Source: Octopus vulgaris
Taxonomy: Eukaryota
Direction: 5' to 3'
DNA length: 64,000 nucleotides
Assembly: GCA_951406725.2 (NCBI GenBank)
Contig: OX597826.1
Span: 82,894,001-82,958,000, forward strand
Shown here piece after piece: positions 1-11,442 of the stretch (its first letter is position 1; the number at the start of each line of letters is the position of its first letter). A program made the translations under genes and the position numbers. The notes below the pieces were generated by a model that was not told where the DNA came from, made no database searches, and saw nothing but the letters and a program-made list of their open reading frames with translations.

Positions 1-576
1 TGTCTATTGTACTTGTCCGTCGTGAAATGTTTTAGAAACGAGGTAGGAAACTAGCATATATTAAAGAAATGTTAACAGGAATTTATGGTGCGTACATTAA
101 TGCAATATATGTGTAATTTTAATGACTGTGAGCGGGAATTGAAACATGTTCGGTGATATGACTTGATATCGGATTACTCGTCGCTCCATTGCACAGAGAA
201 GAGAACTGAATTCATGAAAATACTTTTTTTTTTCTTTTTAGGAAATGTCTTTTGCATAATCCAATATTTCTGCATCAACAATTTTAAGCTAAGCGTTGTG
301 TTGCCTTATGGTTCCGCGAGATAAAGCTCTGGGAAAGCTCTTTATTAGCCCTACACAGGCAATCATGTTAATTAATCTCACAGAGATAAAAAGTCTGAGG
401 ACTTGGATTTCTCTTCATTAATTAGACTAGTTTTGTGGATGTGAGACATTTGATTATTTGCTTTCAGATTTATTCTTAGCCACTGTTTAAAGTGCCTTGA
501 TGTCATTTGGTCTTTGGACAATACTGGATTAAAAATATGATAATGAAAAGGATAATGGTATCCATAATAAACCTAC

Positions 577-680
577 CTTTGTCTTCTCCAAGCACACCAA
601 ATGCGGACAATAAAATATTTATTATGTTAAAGAGGATGAGGCTCAAAACACGTTCAGGTAGAGAGGAGCGATTCTGAATA
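577..680 (-). other. candidate non-coding first exon of a gene running off the left edge
   Basis: Minus strand reads ...GAAGACAAAG|GTAGGT, a good donor with GT at 576-575. A locally CpG-richer stretch (690-725) lies upstream and non-repetitive sequence (1-570) downstream. No coding support. Confidence 0.25.
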
Positions 681-1004
681 GATTCACATGCTCGCGCCCA
701 CAGACTCACACATACGCGCAAGCATGAGTAAACATACAAACATTGATTGTGTATGTGTGTGTGTGTATATATATATATATATAGAGAGAGAGAGAAGGGG
801 GAGACAGAGAGAAAGATAGAGAGACAGAGAGACAGAGATAGAGAGACACACACACAGAAGGAGATATTATTAATCTCTAGTATTGTAATGAATACTTTTT
901 CCGAGAATTTAAACTATATTCATATATTACACTTACACATACATACATATGCACACACACGCACACACCCATACAAACACACACACACACTTATATGTAT
1001 ATAA

Positions 1005-1031
1005 ATAGTAATAATAATAATGATGATAATG

Positions 1032-1101
<70 letters not shown>

Positions 1102-1116
1102 TAATAATAATAATAA
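1005..1116. repeat. (AAT)n microsatellite
   Basis: Direct reading. Confidence 0.97.
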
Positions 1117-1389
1117 CTAGAAGGTGGATTTGATATTAATCTTAATTTTGTACCACGGTCGTTTCGACCCAACCTACTACTGTCCCTTTTGGGTGGGACT
1201 CCGTTCAACATATTGTGTTGCATCCATTTTGCAGTCTGGGTCTCATCAGGTACATCCATACATAAAATTGTGCCTATCTAAAGATCCTGGGTTTTGGTTC
1301 TCATGTTGTTAGGGAATGAAACATTGCTATAAACCTTTCATAATATTATTGTTTATATTTTAATTTTTATTCGAGATTTTATTTGTTTG

Positions 1390-1391
<2 letters not shown>

Positions 1392-1443
<52 letters not shown>
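1392..1443. repeat. (TG)n microsatellite
   Basis: Direct reading. Confidence 0.97.
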
Positions 1444-1444
<1 letters not shown>

Positions 1445-1458
1445 TATATAAAAATGAA

Positions 1459-1760
1459 GGCGCGTGGCTCAGTGGTTAAAGAGTCGAGCTTTCAATTGGG
1501 TAGTGAATTCGATTCCCGGACCGGGCTGTGTGTTCTGTTCTTGAACAAGACACTTTATTTCACGTTGCTCCAGTTTAGTCAGCTGTAGAATTGAGTTGTG
1601 ATGTCACTGGTGCCAAGCTGTATCGGCATTTGCCTTCCCTTGGTGACGTTGAGTGGGGAGGCTGGAATGCATGAGCAACTACTAGTCTCCCATAAGCAAC
1701 CTTGGCCCGACATGTGCTTCGGACGGTAACATTCTGGGTACAATGCCATGGCCATTCATC
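1459..1760 (+). mobile_element. tRNA-derived SINE (family C)
   Basis: Head GGCGCG-TGGCTCAGTGG (A box), then ATTCGATTCC (B box), then a TTCTTGAACAAGACACTTT motif resembling SINE central domains. Confidence 0.75.
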
Positions 1761-1911
1761 TATATAGTTTTCATATTGATTGTGTATCTCATCACTCACT
1801 GAATATACGCTTTAATATTGTCTGCGAACTACTGGAATAATGCATCACTCTACATATGTATTATCAAGCTGAGTGAAATGGCGAGAGTAACAAACAAGGA
1901 ACTTACTTAAG

Positions 1912-2021
1912 AAATCACCTGAAGAGGTGCATTCTACACCTCGGGTGTAAGATAATGACTATGCAACAGCTCACCGATGAACTACATCTATGAGAATGCA
2001 TCGAAACAATTGTAGTGATTT
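1912..2021 (+). ncRNA. type I hammerhead ribozyme, intact core
   Basis: Stem I AAATCAC/GTGATTT; core CTGAAGA (1919-1925); 10-bp stem II GGTGCATTCT/AGAATGCATC; GAAA (2003-2006); palindromic stem III CAATTG; GUA cleavage triplet. Confidence 0.85.
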
Positions 2022-2387
2022 TATATAAGGAATGACATTAATTCCATTTTCTGTCATTTGTCTATATATATAAACTACACAGATATGGTAAAATGTTTGA
2101 TGGATATCCAGTAGCTGGAGCAATACAAATGCATTATGACATCAGGTAGCCGATAAATGTGGACGAGATTTGCACAACATTCTAACAGGTTTTTACCCGA
2201 ATCCCACTCGACTAATATATGTTTATATAAATCATTGTTTCATGAAAAAGAAAAATACGGAAACTTCGCGGTTGCTGTAGAGCCAATTGCTTGCGGAAGA
2301 TAATTGACAGTGGTATGCGTATATTCGTATGATTCTGCACAGTATATATACATGCATATATGTGTACATGTGTATTTATATGTACAC

Positions 2388-2480
2388 ACATACATACACA
2401 CATACATACATACATACATACATACATACATACATACATACATACATACATGCATACATACATACAAACATACATACATA
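2388..2480. repeat. (CATA)n microsatellite
   Basis: Direct reading. Confidence 0.95.
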
Positions 2481-2825
2481 CATATAAATGCATATATATA
2501 TATGCGTGTGTGTGTGTGTGTTTGTTTGTTTCTGTGAGTGTGTGTGTGTTGTGTCTGTTATGTGTGCTCAATTAATTTTTGTTGCGCATAAATTTTTCTT
2601 ATATTTTAATCATTAATGAAATGAAACATATGACATCAATTAAAATTTGCAGGAACTGAAATGATAAATGCTCTGGAATATGTAAAAAATATATTGTTAC
2701 TTTTCAAATGCGAAGAAAACGAATATACATATATATATATTTACATACGGGTACACCACATACACAAACGCATAGACAGACATATATTTATGTGTCTGTG
2801 TGTATGTATGAATGTATGTATATTT

Positions 2826-3441
2826 CGGGAGAGGAAATACCTATTTCTTTACTACCCACAAGCGGCTAGACACAGAGGGGACAAACAAAGATAGACAAAC
2901 AGATTTAGTCGATTATATCGACCCCAGTGCGTAACTGGTACTTAATTTATCGACCCCGAAAGGATGAAAGGCAAAGTCGACCTCGGCGGAATTTGAACTC
3001 AGAACGTAGCTGCAGAGCAAATACCTATTTCTTTACTACCCACAAGGAGCTAAACACAGAGGGGACAAACAAGGACAGACAAAGGGATTTAGTCGATTAC
3101 ATGGACCCCAGTACGTAACTGGTACTTAATTTATCGACCCCGAAAGGATGAAAGGCAAAGTCGACCTCGGCGGAATTTGAACTCAGAACGTAGCTGCAGA
3201 GGAAATACCTATTTCTTTACTACCCACAAAGAGCTAAACACAGAGGGGACAAACAAGGACAGACAAAGGGATTTAGTCGATTACATGGACTCCAGTGCGT
3301 AACTGGTACTTAATTTATCGACCCCGAAAGGATGAAAGGCAAAGTCGACCTCGGCGGAATTTGAACTCAGAACGTAACGGCAGACGAAATACGGCTACGC
3401 ATTTCGCTCAGCGTGCTAACGGTTCTGCCAGCTCGCCGCCT
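2826..3441 (-). mobile_element. tRNA-derived SINE (family A), one head plus three tandem 184-bp body units
   Basis: Minus head GGCGGCGAGCTGGCAGAA..., B box GAGTTCAAATTCC, body GTCGACTTTGCCTTTCATCCTTTCGGGGTCGATAAATTAAGTACC. AAATACCTATTT recurs at 2835, 3019 and 3203. Confidence 0.9.
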
Positions 3442-3649
3442 TATTTTATATTTTAAGAATATTGATTGGTATGTATGCATGTTTGTATGTACATACGTAT
3501 TTGCATCAATTGAGAGTCCATGATTGTACAGCTTGTGTGTCTATAGTAAGTTAATTATTATGAAGTATTTTAAACCTCGCGAACTGGAATAACGAACGGA
3601 ATGCCGCTTCTTAGGGCAGAAGACTATTTTTATATATTTATGTTATCTG

Positions 3650-4430
3650 AAAAAAATGTTTGTTAAATATTTCTAGAATGTTTAGAAATCCGATGTATTT
3701 TCTCGAGTAGAATTATAATAATAAACGAGGCGGAGGGGTAGGGGAACACGAATGTAAACGAGAAATATTATTTTGTTATAAATGTGTTGGGAATTTGCCA
3801 AACAAAATCTCCATGTAATATAAACTTGGAACCTTAACAGAAATATTTTAGGCAATTCTCAGAAATTATGGTATTGATCTATTGGTAAAACGAATAAGAC
3901 GTATGGGTGTAAACCAATATTTCAAGCTACAATGAGAGGGGTTTGTTTTACAAAATCTAGGATCCATTATGACATAGTGCATTGTGTTAATGCTTTAAGA
4001 TTAATGCAAATATGAAAGTAAATTATAGCAGAAGGAATTATATAAAATTAATGAAATAATTATAGACAAAGCAAACATCTTAGAACTGGAAGAAATATTT
4101 ATAGACAAATGCTTAATAAAAATAGAATTAAAACAGAAGGTATATAAAACTAAATTCCTGTTAAGTAAAAAAATCGAAAAAGTAAAACTGAACAATAAGA
4201 TGAGTTGAATCGAAAAAATATTTCGTAAAATCAAAAGTCATGCAACAGCAGCAGAGATTCTTCTTCTTTAAAGTTTGGAGAATTAAGGAGTCAACTCTGT
4301 GTTCTTAACGCATAAAGATTCTTTGAAGTCTCTTTCAGACAAAATTTACAGCAAGTGCCGTTCTACGTTTCTATAATCCTTATAATTGTTATAAACACCA
4401 ATATTTCAATTCATAAGTAAAAGAATTCCA
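3650..4430 (-). mobile_element. degenerate Naiad-type PLE 3' fragment (GIY-YIG C-terminus plus probable 3' region)
   Basis: Minus translation near 4370-4240 gives NGTCCKFCLKE...LLNSP..EEE, matching the CxxCxxE...LN..E layout of the other Naiad fragments here. Left boundary is uncertain. Confidence 0.45.
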
Positions 4431-4873
4431 ATTTGATAAGTTTAATTATAAACAGAAAATAAAATACCTATTTCTTAACGGTAGAATTGAATAATAATAT
4501 GTTAAGTATGTTATTCTGATAACGTTAATATTTAAGCTGGCTAATTACAGATAATATGTGAATCTTAAAAGTTGATAATATCATCCTATTGCTAGTGTAT
4601 CTCATGTGCGTATTTGCAAAGAAAAAAAATGAGGTAATGACATTTTTGTAGCGGAAGAGAAAAGAATATGTTCAGCTTATGCAGTTTTAATTCTAGATTC
4701 TAATTAATAATTTTATAAAGAGAACATTTTCAGTAATAGTAATAAACATGCAATTTCAGTGGGCCACTATAACTAGCTTATATATATATATAACAATTGC
4801 AGCGTGGAAGGTGTTTATAAGCCATTTAAGAAACACACAAAAACCGTTAGATTCACTTCAACATTTAAATTTA

Positions 4874-4995
4874 ATTTGTTAAAATATTTTCGTCGCTTTG
4901 AGACCGCGGCCTGTGCACTGACAAAACTTCGTGCTGAGATGCAGTACGGAATATTGTCAGTGAACAGGTCGCGGTCTCAAAGCACCGAAAATATC
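4874..4995. repeat. imperfect inverted repeat carrying an HHR-like fold
   Basis: ATATTTTCGTCGCTTTGAGACCGCGGCCTGTGCACTGACAA pairs with TTGTCAGTGAACAGGTCGCGGTCTCAAAGCACCGAAAATAT. Confidence 0.85.
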
Positions 4996-5062
4996 TTCGT
5001 CTTTCGTTTTTCTTGTTTCAGCTCAGAGCTGCGGCCATGCTGATGCACAAATGTTGAATTGA

Positions 5063-5215
5063 ATCTTTACGTTCTGAGTTCAAATTCCGCCGAGGTCGAC
5101 TTTGCCTTTCATCCTTTCGGGGTCCATAAATTAAGTATCGGTTGCATACTGGGGTCTATCTAATCGACTGGCACCCTCCCCTAACATTTCGGGCCTTGTG
5201 TCTAGAGCAGAAATA
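5063..5215 (+). mobile_element. SINE family A, 5'-truncated
   Basis: TACGTTCTGAGTTCAAATTCCGCCGAGGTCGACTTTGCCTTTCATCC matches the 2826-3441 unit. Confidence 0.85.
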
Positions 5216-5688
5216 TTTCCTCTTTTCAGTTTCATTTCACATCTATATCATAGGCCATCACAACTATGAAATACGTTATCAAATGTTTCATGGAGCATTT
5301 TAATATAGATTAGCCCTAGGTTTGCATAGATTAACATGTTCGTGGCATCCCACATGTATGTATGCATTCACACACTAACACATACACACACACAGAATTG
5401 GCCTCTAGTTGAGGTATCCATATGCACTGCAAAGGTATTGATTTTTTTTAAATAAATGGAAATTTAAATGGAATTTATCACAAAATAACATTGAAAAGAT
5501 TTCAAAATCATTGAAATTTGAATTAGCACATTTTGTTTGAAGTCTAACCCCCAACGTGTGTAGGTTCTAAGTTTTCCTTTTGTAGCCATATTTTTAACTA
5601 ATTAAATTTTCTTGATTTTCTGTGGCTGCCTTTCATTGTTTTCCTCAAGTTAAATTTCAATTCATAGAAAAGATACATACGCGTACAA

Positions 5689-5689
<1 letters not shown>

Positions 5690-5754
<65 letters not shown>

Positions 5755-5758
5755 TTAG

Positions 5759-5839
<81 letters not shown>

Positions 5840-5848
5840 ATATATATA
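5690..5848. repeat. (TA)n/(TG)n compound microsatellite
   Basis: Direct reading. Confidence 0.95.
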
Positions 5849-5849
5849 A

Positions 5850-6520
5850 ATGGAGTTAAACGCAGGTGTTATTCAAATTCTTTTACTTCCGACATATGTT
5901 TCTAACACAACATTTGTATTATTCCAAAGGAATAAAATTGTGTAAAACAATGTAATTTTTTCACCAGGGAAAGAAAGAAATATACAAAACTTATCAATAA
6001 GACATTTTAACAGAATGTGATGGATGTGTATAATGATGAACGGAACACCATTAATTTTTTTTTTAAACCTGTTGGGGGATATAACATCGAAGGTAGCCTA
6101 TAGAAAGAAAAAGAGTAAAGGAAAGAAATAAGCAGAAAACTAATAAAGGAGAAATATACTAAAATCGTAAAGGCTTGGAAATAGATATATCTAGTGGAAG
6201 TAAATGTTAGTAGAAAATCAATGTTCAAATTATATAGAATGGTAGATGTCAGTTACGTGTACGAAAGGTATGTTTCTGCCAATGTTTACATCGATAAGCA
6301 CGCTCTATAAACGTGTCACACGAAGATTCTTTGAAAAAAGAATAGAAAATAGTTCACTATTACAGAGTTGGCAGAATTCTTTACCTTTATCATAAGGGAA
6401 TGAAATGCAGAGAATCAATCAATCTAAATTAAATTGGTTATTATGGTCTTTTAGATACCAAATTAATTTACTAAGCCCTGTGCTGTTGCGTTTATTACTA
6501 TCCCTAAATGTAGAGTAATT
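5850..6520 (-). mobile_element. Naiad-type PLE 3' fragment (GIY-YIG C-terminus plus pseudo-LTR with HHR)
   Basis: STFRDSNKRNSTGLSKLIWYLKDH..., then with frameshifts YDKGKEFCQLCNSE and CKHWQKHTF. Paralogous to 15165-15840. Confidence 0.8.
5887..5971 (-). ncRNA. type I hammerhead ribozyme motif, one core substitution, long stem II region
   Basis: Minus strand: TTCC-CTGGTGA-(~58 nt)-GAAA-CATATG-TC-GGAA. Confidence 0.6.
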
Positions 6521-6713
6521 GTAAACAGGGGGAAAATATATACATCCATTTATATATATATTCCTGTACCTTATATGGATACCATTCTGCCTAAATAATG
6601 GAAATGCAGATACAATATCCCTGCATATCTCACGCCTATTTTCATTCCTGCACTTCACTCTCTATTTCATATCTTATCTAGAATGACTATTGCTTAACCA
6701 TTTTTCTCATACC

Positions 6714-6760
6714 GTCTCCGATGAAGGGATATATAAAATATCCCGAAACAGCTGTAAGAC
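6714..6760 (+). ncRNA. type I hammerhead ribozyme motif (CCGAUGA variant)
   Basis: GTCT-CCGATGA-A-GGGATAT/ATATCCC-GAAA-CAGCTG-TA-AGAC. Lies in a repeat also found at ~10095-10205. Confidence 0.75.
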
Positions 6761-8214
6761 CTTCTCTTTGTAAATGTTCTGAAATGTTTCGCAGCCTTGG
6801 ACTTGTATCTCATTCTGTTAAGTTTTTGATATATACACCTGCTGATATCTGACCTACGTTGGACTCCTCATTCGCATAATCACCGAACCTGGAGCTTAAC
6901 TAAGTATGTCCATAGCACTTACTCAGCATTACCTCACAGCTTTGGGTCTTCTTGACACCATTACTTCTCATAATCTCAATATATATAAATACACATGCAT
7001 ACATACATACACACACGCATATATATATATATTCAAACACACATACAGCACATTAAAACATTGCCACTTTTATTCATTTCTGAAAGATCTTTCGTGAAAC
7101 TAGTTCAACTATCTACAATAGAGACAGCTTCGAAGAGAAACAGTCATCTGTTATGCTTAATCAATGGCGAAACTGCCGAATTTGCTAAATTCTAGCAAGA
7201 AATGTAGTAGACACTTTAAACCATTTTATATGCGAAAAAATTTATTAACTGAAAATGCTAAGCTGAATAAGTTATTTTAGAAGAAGCTATTTGGAATGAT
7301 AAATGTTACGATGATTTAAATAATCTGCTTGCTGTCTTAAATCATGAACATTCTCACAGACATAAAACCGCTTTTCAATCTTAAAACATTTAAGAATGTT
7401 AGCATAGACATATAATTTAAGATTGACATAAAAGACTCAGCATACATCATCATAATGAAAAAGTTAAAAAAGACTTCTGTGAAGATTGAATGAAGCAGGA
7501 ATTTCTTTTTATTTTTAGGTTACAAAAAATTTTCATTTCATTATTTTGAAACCAAAATATCCAAAAATCGCAGGATTTATTATGATAACAAATTTAATGA
7601 AAAAATTGGTAAGCCATCTAACTACTCTCTCAGTTTTCTCAAGTCTATCAAAGAGAGTCGGAAATAACTTGATCAATGCGATTTGAATGTTAATATTGAA
7701 TGAAATATTAAATGAACTTTAGTTAGCTAAATTTCTTGCTTTTTTTCTAGGTCCGATGTATCGAAATGTTTGCATTTGTAAATTGTTTACTGTTTTACTA
7801 CAAAAGAATGGGGTTCTAAAAACGATTGATCGGTTTTAATTATATTAGTGTGACCCGTTCAGCAAACACTCAGTCTGAGAAGGGCTTTAAATGCATTGAA
7901 ACATGAAAATATTATAATAATTAACAAACAGAAACATGGAAATATTACATCAATATTAAATTGATGTAATGATTGCATTGTCAATTAAATGGAATTGCTT
8001 GAAAGAATCGTATTGCATTACCTCTGGATGTAATAGCGCTCTCTGGTAAGATTAGCTAAATCCTTTTTAAGGCAAGTTTTGTGGTATCATGGTCCATTTG
8101 AATAGGGAGTGCTTCACCAGTTGGGACATTGGTGAACAGACTTATCACATCTAGACTCACTATCTGGTTGGATTCAATGGGGGTTCACTTGATCAATTCT
8201 GTGAAGTGGATGAT

Positions 8215-9313
8215 ACAAGAAAAACTAGTGACAGACACCCATCAAAGAGAACGCACTAGTATACCAATAAGAAACTTGATGGAAATGTTGACCTTCTGTG
8301 TTGAAACTACCTACTTCGGTATGGAGACTGATATGTATCGACAAGAAGAGGGTTTAGCTATGGTTTCGCCATTATCACCGATAATAGCCAATATATACAT
8401 GGAATACTTTGAGAATTTGACGTTAGGATCAACACCACTAAAACCAACTCTATGGCTGACATATGTTGATGACACTTTATACTCTGGCCCCACCAGGAAG
8501 ATGTCCATGTGCTGTTCGATCGTGTGAACTCAATAAAGCCATCCACACAGTTCACAATGGGAAAGGAAAAAGACAATCAGCTAGCATTCCTGGACGTATT
8601 AATAACATTCAGGGAATCCGTATACCGCAAGCCAACCTTCACTGGACGATACCTCAACTTTAATTCCTACAAGCCATACAGGGTAAAGAGAGGGATTGCT
8701 CAGTGCATAAAACATCGAGCAAAGAATACAAGTAGCGATCGTAATAACCACCACGAAGAAATGATCAAGCTCAGTAACAATCTATTAAGCAACAACTACC
8801 CCAAAAACATACTATCCACTCCAATTATGAAGAAAAGAGAGGATGAAACCAATAAATTGTCCACAGTCTGTCTACCCTATGTGAAAGACTTCTCCGAAAA
8901 GATACAAAAGATGTGCGTCCCATGTGACATCAGGACAGAATTCAAGAGTAACACAGCACTTCGCAAATATCTCCTTCGAGTAAAACCACCAATAGAAGAG
9001 AATATGATCAAAGACTGCGTGTACACCATCCCATGCCGCCCCCTCAAAATAAGGGGAGAGGAACATCGCAAAGCTGTGACACGAGGAGATATTGATAAAT
9101 CGGGTATAGCTGATCATGTATGGAAAAATGGAGGCCATCTCCCTCTGTGGGATGAAGTTAAAATTAGGCAGAGAACACCACTGGAAAATACGAAAACTAA
9201 AAGAGGCAGCACATATGCTAGGACACAACAACCTCCTAAGCAGACCGAATGCAGATATGAACGGCATATGGGAACCGGTATTAAGGAAGGATAGGAAGAT
9301 ATTAGATTTATAA
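8215..9313 (+). mobile_element. Penelope/Poseidon-type PLE, 5'-truncated RT plus GIY-YIG endonuclease, frameshifted
   Basis: RT motifs YRQEEGLAMVSPLSPIIANIYME, WLTYVDDT, QFTMGKE..LAFLDV, VYRKPTFTGRYLNFNS and LPYV. Endonuclease motifs VYTIPC, RPLKIR.EEH and SGIADH. Confidence 0.93.
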
Positions 9314-9342
9314 GCCCTAAAATTCACTCCATAATTGCCCAT

Positions 9343-9600
9343 GGGCATATAGCGTACTGGTTAAGAGCATAGACTACTAACCCCAAGATTACAAGTTCGA
9401 TTCCAGGCAGTGATCTGAATAATGATGATAATAATGATGATAATAATAATAGTAATAATAATAATAATAATAACATCGAAAAATACCTTTGGAATGAGAA
9501 ATTTTCCCAAGACACCCGATAAAGGCTGGAGGGTAGATCAGCCGAAACGTAGTATTCAATAAACAAGATGAGGAAAAATATCAGTCAAATGTTAATAATG
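9343..9600 (+). mobile_element. PLE pseudo-LTR-like 3' region: tRNA-like head, (AAT)n, HHR motif
   Basis: A box TAGCGTACTGG (9350-9360), B box GTTCGATTCC (9395-9404), AAT tract, then ACAC-CCGATAA-A-GGCTG/CAGCC-GAAA-CG-TA-GTAT. The 3' part recurs at 16735-17000. Confidence 0.7.
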
Positions 9601-9814
9601 TAGCCTTTTTATTGCTGTTGAATGTGGATGTTGTACGTAGGAGTATTTTAATCGGTTGATTTTTTAAGTAAGTTTTTTGATACGCCTGATGAGTGTGTTT
9701 TTTCACTCTTGGTTGCCTGTTTCTGTTTGTGCCAGTGGATTTCGTTGGAGCGTATTTTCAAAAATGTATATGTGACAATGTCCTCAAAGCGCTGCAATAT
9801 GTTTTCAATGTCAG

Positions 9815-9888
<74 letters not shown>

Positions 9889-10101
9889 GTATGTTTGTGC
9901 GTGTGTATATCAGTATACACACACACATACACATATAATTCTTTAACAAGAACGTTGATTACAGTGACCTGACTGAGCTAGCGGAAACATCGAGGTTATT
10001 GTCAATAACATTGTTGTACTCTACTGATGTATTGAGTAACTCAACGAATTAATGTCGAAATGTTTTTATAGAAAAACAGAAAAATAAACATTAGTATCAC
10101 C

Positions 10102-10153
10102 GTCTCCGATGAAGGGATATGATTAATAAATATCCTGGAAACAGCTGCAACAC
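10102..10153 (+). ncRNA. degenerate HHR, same family as 6714-6760
   Basis: GTCTCCGATGAAGGGATAT...ATATCCTGGAAACAGCTGCA, with a downstream flank shared with the 6714 copy. Confidence 0.55.
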
Positions 10154-10230
10154 CTTCTATTAATAAATGTTCTAATATCTACACAGCCTTGGTTTCTTAT
10201 CTCATTACGCAAAAGATTCTTATGTATGTT

Positions 10231-10262
<32 letters not shown>

Positions 10263-10263
<1 letters not shown>

Positions 10264-10331
10264 GGATGGATGGATGGATGGATGGATGGATGGATGGATG
10301 GATGGATGGATGGATGGATGGATGGATGGAT
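10263..10331. repeat. (GGAT)n microsatellite at the 3' end of the R4-like LINE
   Basis: Direct reading. Confidence 0.95.
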
Positions 10332-11442
10332 GTCCCTTCTGTTTTTGTAATTATTATAAATCTTCCACTGAGGAGGGAGCCGGTTTCCAACAAAGATACA
10401 AGGCTCCATCTTTGCGATGTAGTTAACATAGACAAATTCACATTTGGAAGTTGAGAAAAGTCTTGCATATTTTTACTGTTCCACTCACAGATTGCACTTG
10501 TAATGTACGAATTAGCCGGTCGATTTCTTTTTTCTGAAAATCCCAGTTTATCCAGATTCTCCTTTAAGCATTTACTAACAAAAGCTAGTGTTCCAATTAT
10601 TATTGGTAGGAATATGAATTCATAGTCTGGATATAGAAGTTGGAGGTTTCGAAGTAGTTGTCCATAGATATCCTCTTTTTCTTTGATTTTCAAAGAGATA
10701 TTTATATCTGTGGGCAGCTAACCTCTATGACGGTACATACCCCTGTCCCAAACAACATTATCTGGCCAGTTATGTTTACATTTGACAGAAGTTTTGATGG
10801 GAATATTACACCAGTATTCCTTGGGTTTGTGTAGATGAGTGTATTCCATAACAGAGAGATTTTATAAGTTTATTTCAGGACAGTCTTTTTTTGCGGATGG
10901 CATTGTAAATTGTTTTAGCGACATCATGCCGCATAGGGAGGTAGTGTCGTGACGATATTTTAGGACAGCTGCTAATCACATGCGTGATGTCTTCCACAGA
11001 AACATGACATAGCCTACACATGCGGTTGCACCTTGGAATTACATGAGCGTTACTGTGTATCTTGTTCCCCAGGTACTTTGTAGTAATCTCCTGTTCCTGG
11101 ATTGCAAACGCATAGCCTTCAAAGTGTGATGTGATGTAGTGGTCTTATCTTCAAGTGGGGCTGCGCTTCGTGTCAATTCTACTGTCTTCTTCAAGCTTCC
11201 GAGCAACATACGCATGCGTAGTCTTTTTTTGCATGCTGAGTGCTTTCCATCCAGGTCTTCTCTGAGGTGAGAGAGAGCCCAGCTGTTTTGGGGCTGTATA
11301 GGAGATCATCAGGAAGAGAGTGCTTCTTGAGGCGCTCACTGCCAACTCGTACATTGTTGCTCACATCACTTTTCAGCATTGCATTTATATATTTATTTTT
11401 GCTGCTGTTGTTTAGCAGATGCTGCCTGAGTGATTCCAGGCA
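10332..11442 (-). mobile_element. R4/Dong-like non-LTR retrotransposon 3' fragment (CCHC knuckle plus restriction-like endonuclease)
   Basis: FEGYAFAIQEQEITTKY, CRLCHVSVEDITHVISSC, YLPMRHDVAK, KHNWPDNVVWD and KIKEKEDIYGQL...PIIIG. Flanked on both sides by CATA/CATC microsatellite. Confidence 0.88.

Noticed and set aside
503-565. MDTIILFIIIFLIQYC signal-peptide-like sequence
   Set aside because: It terminates after 20 codons, and hydrophobic runs are expected from AT-rich DNA.
2826-3441. CRISPR-like regularly spaced repeats
   Set aside because: These are whole 184-bp tandem units without unique spacers, in a eukaryotic SINE with no cas genes.
9343-9412. Possible tRNA gene
   Set aside because: A and B boxes are present but the acceptor and anticodon stems do not pair well. 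Treated as a tRNA-derived head.
9681-9756. HHR candidate ATACGC-CTGATGA...GCGTAT
   Set aside because: Stem I and core are present but there is no GAAA or stem III, so it is too incomplete to call.
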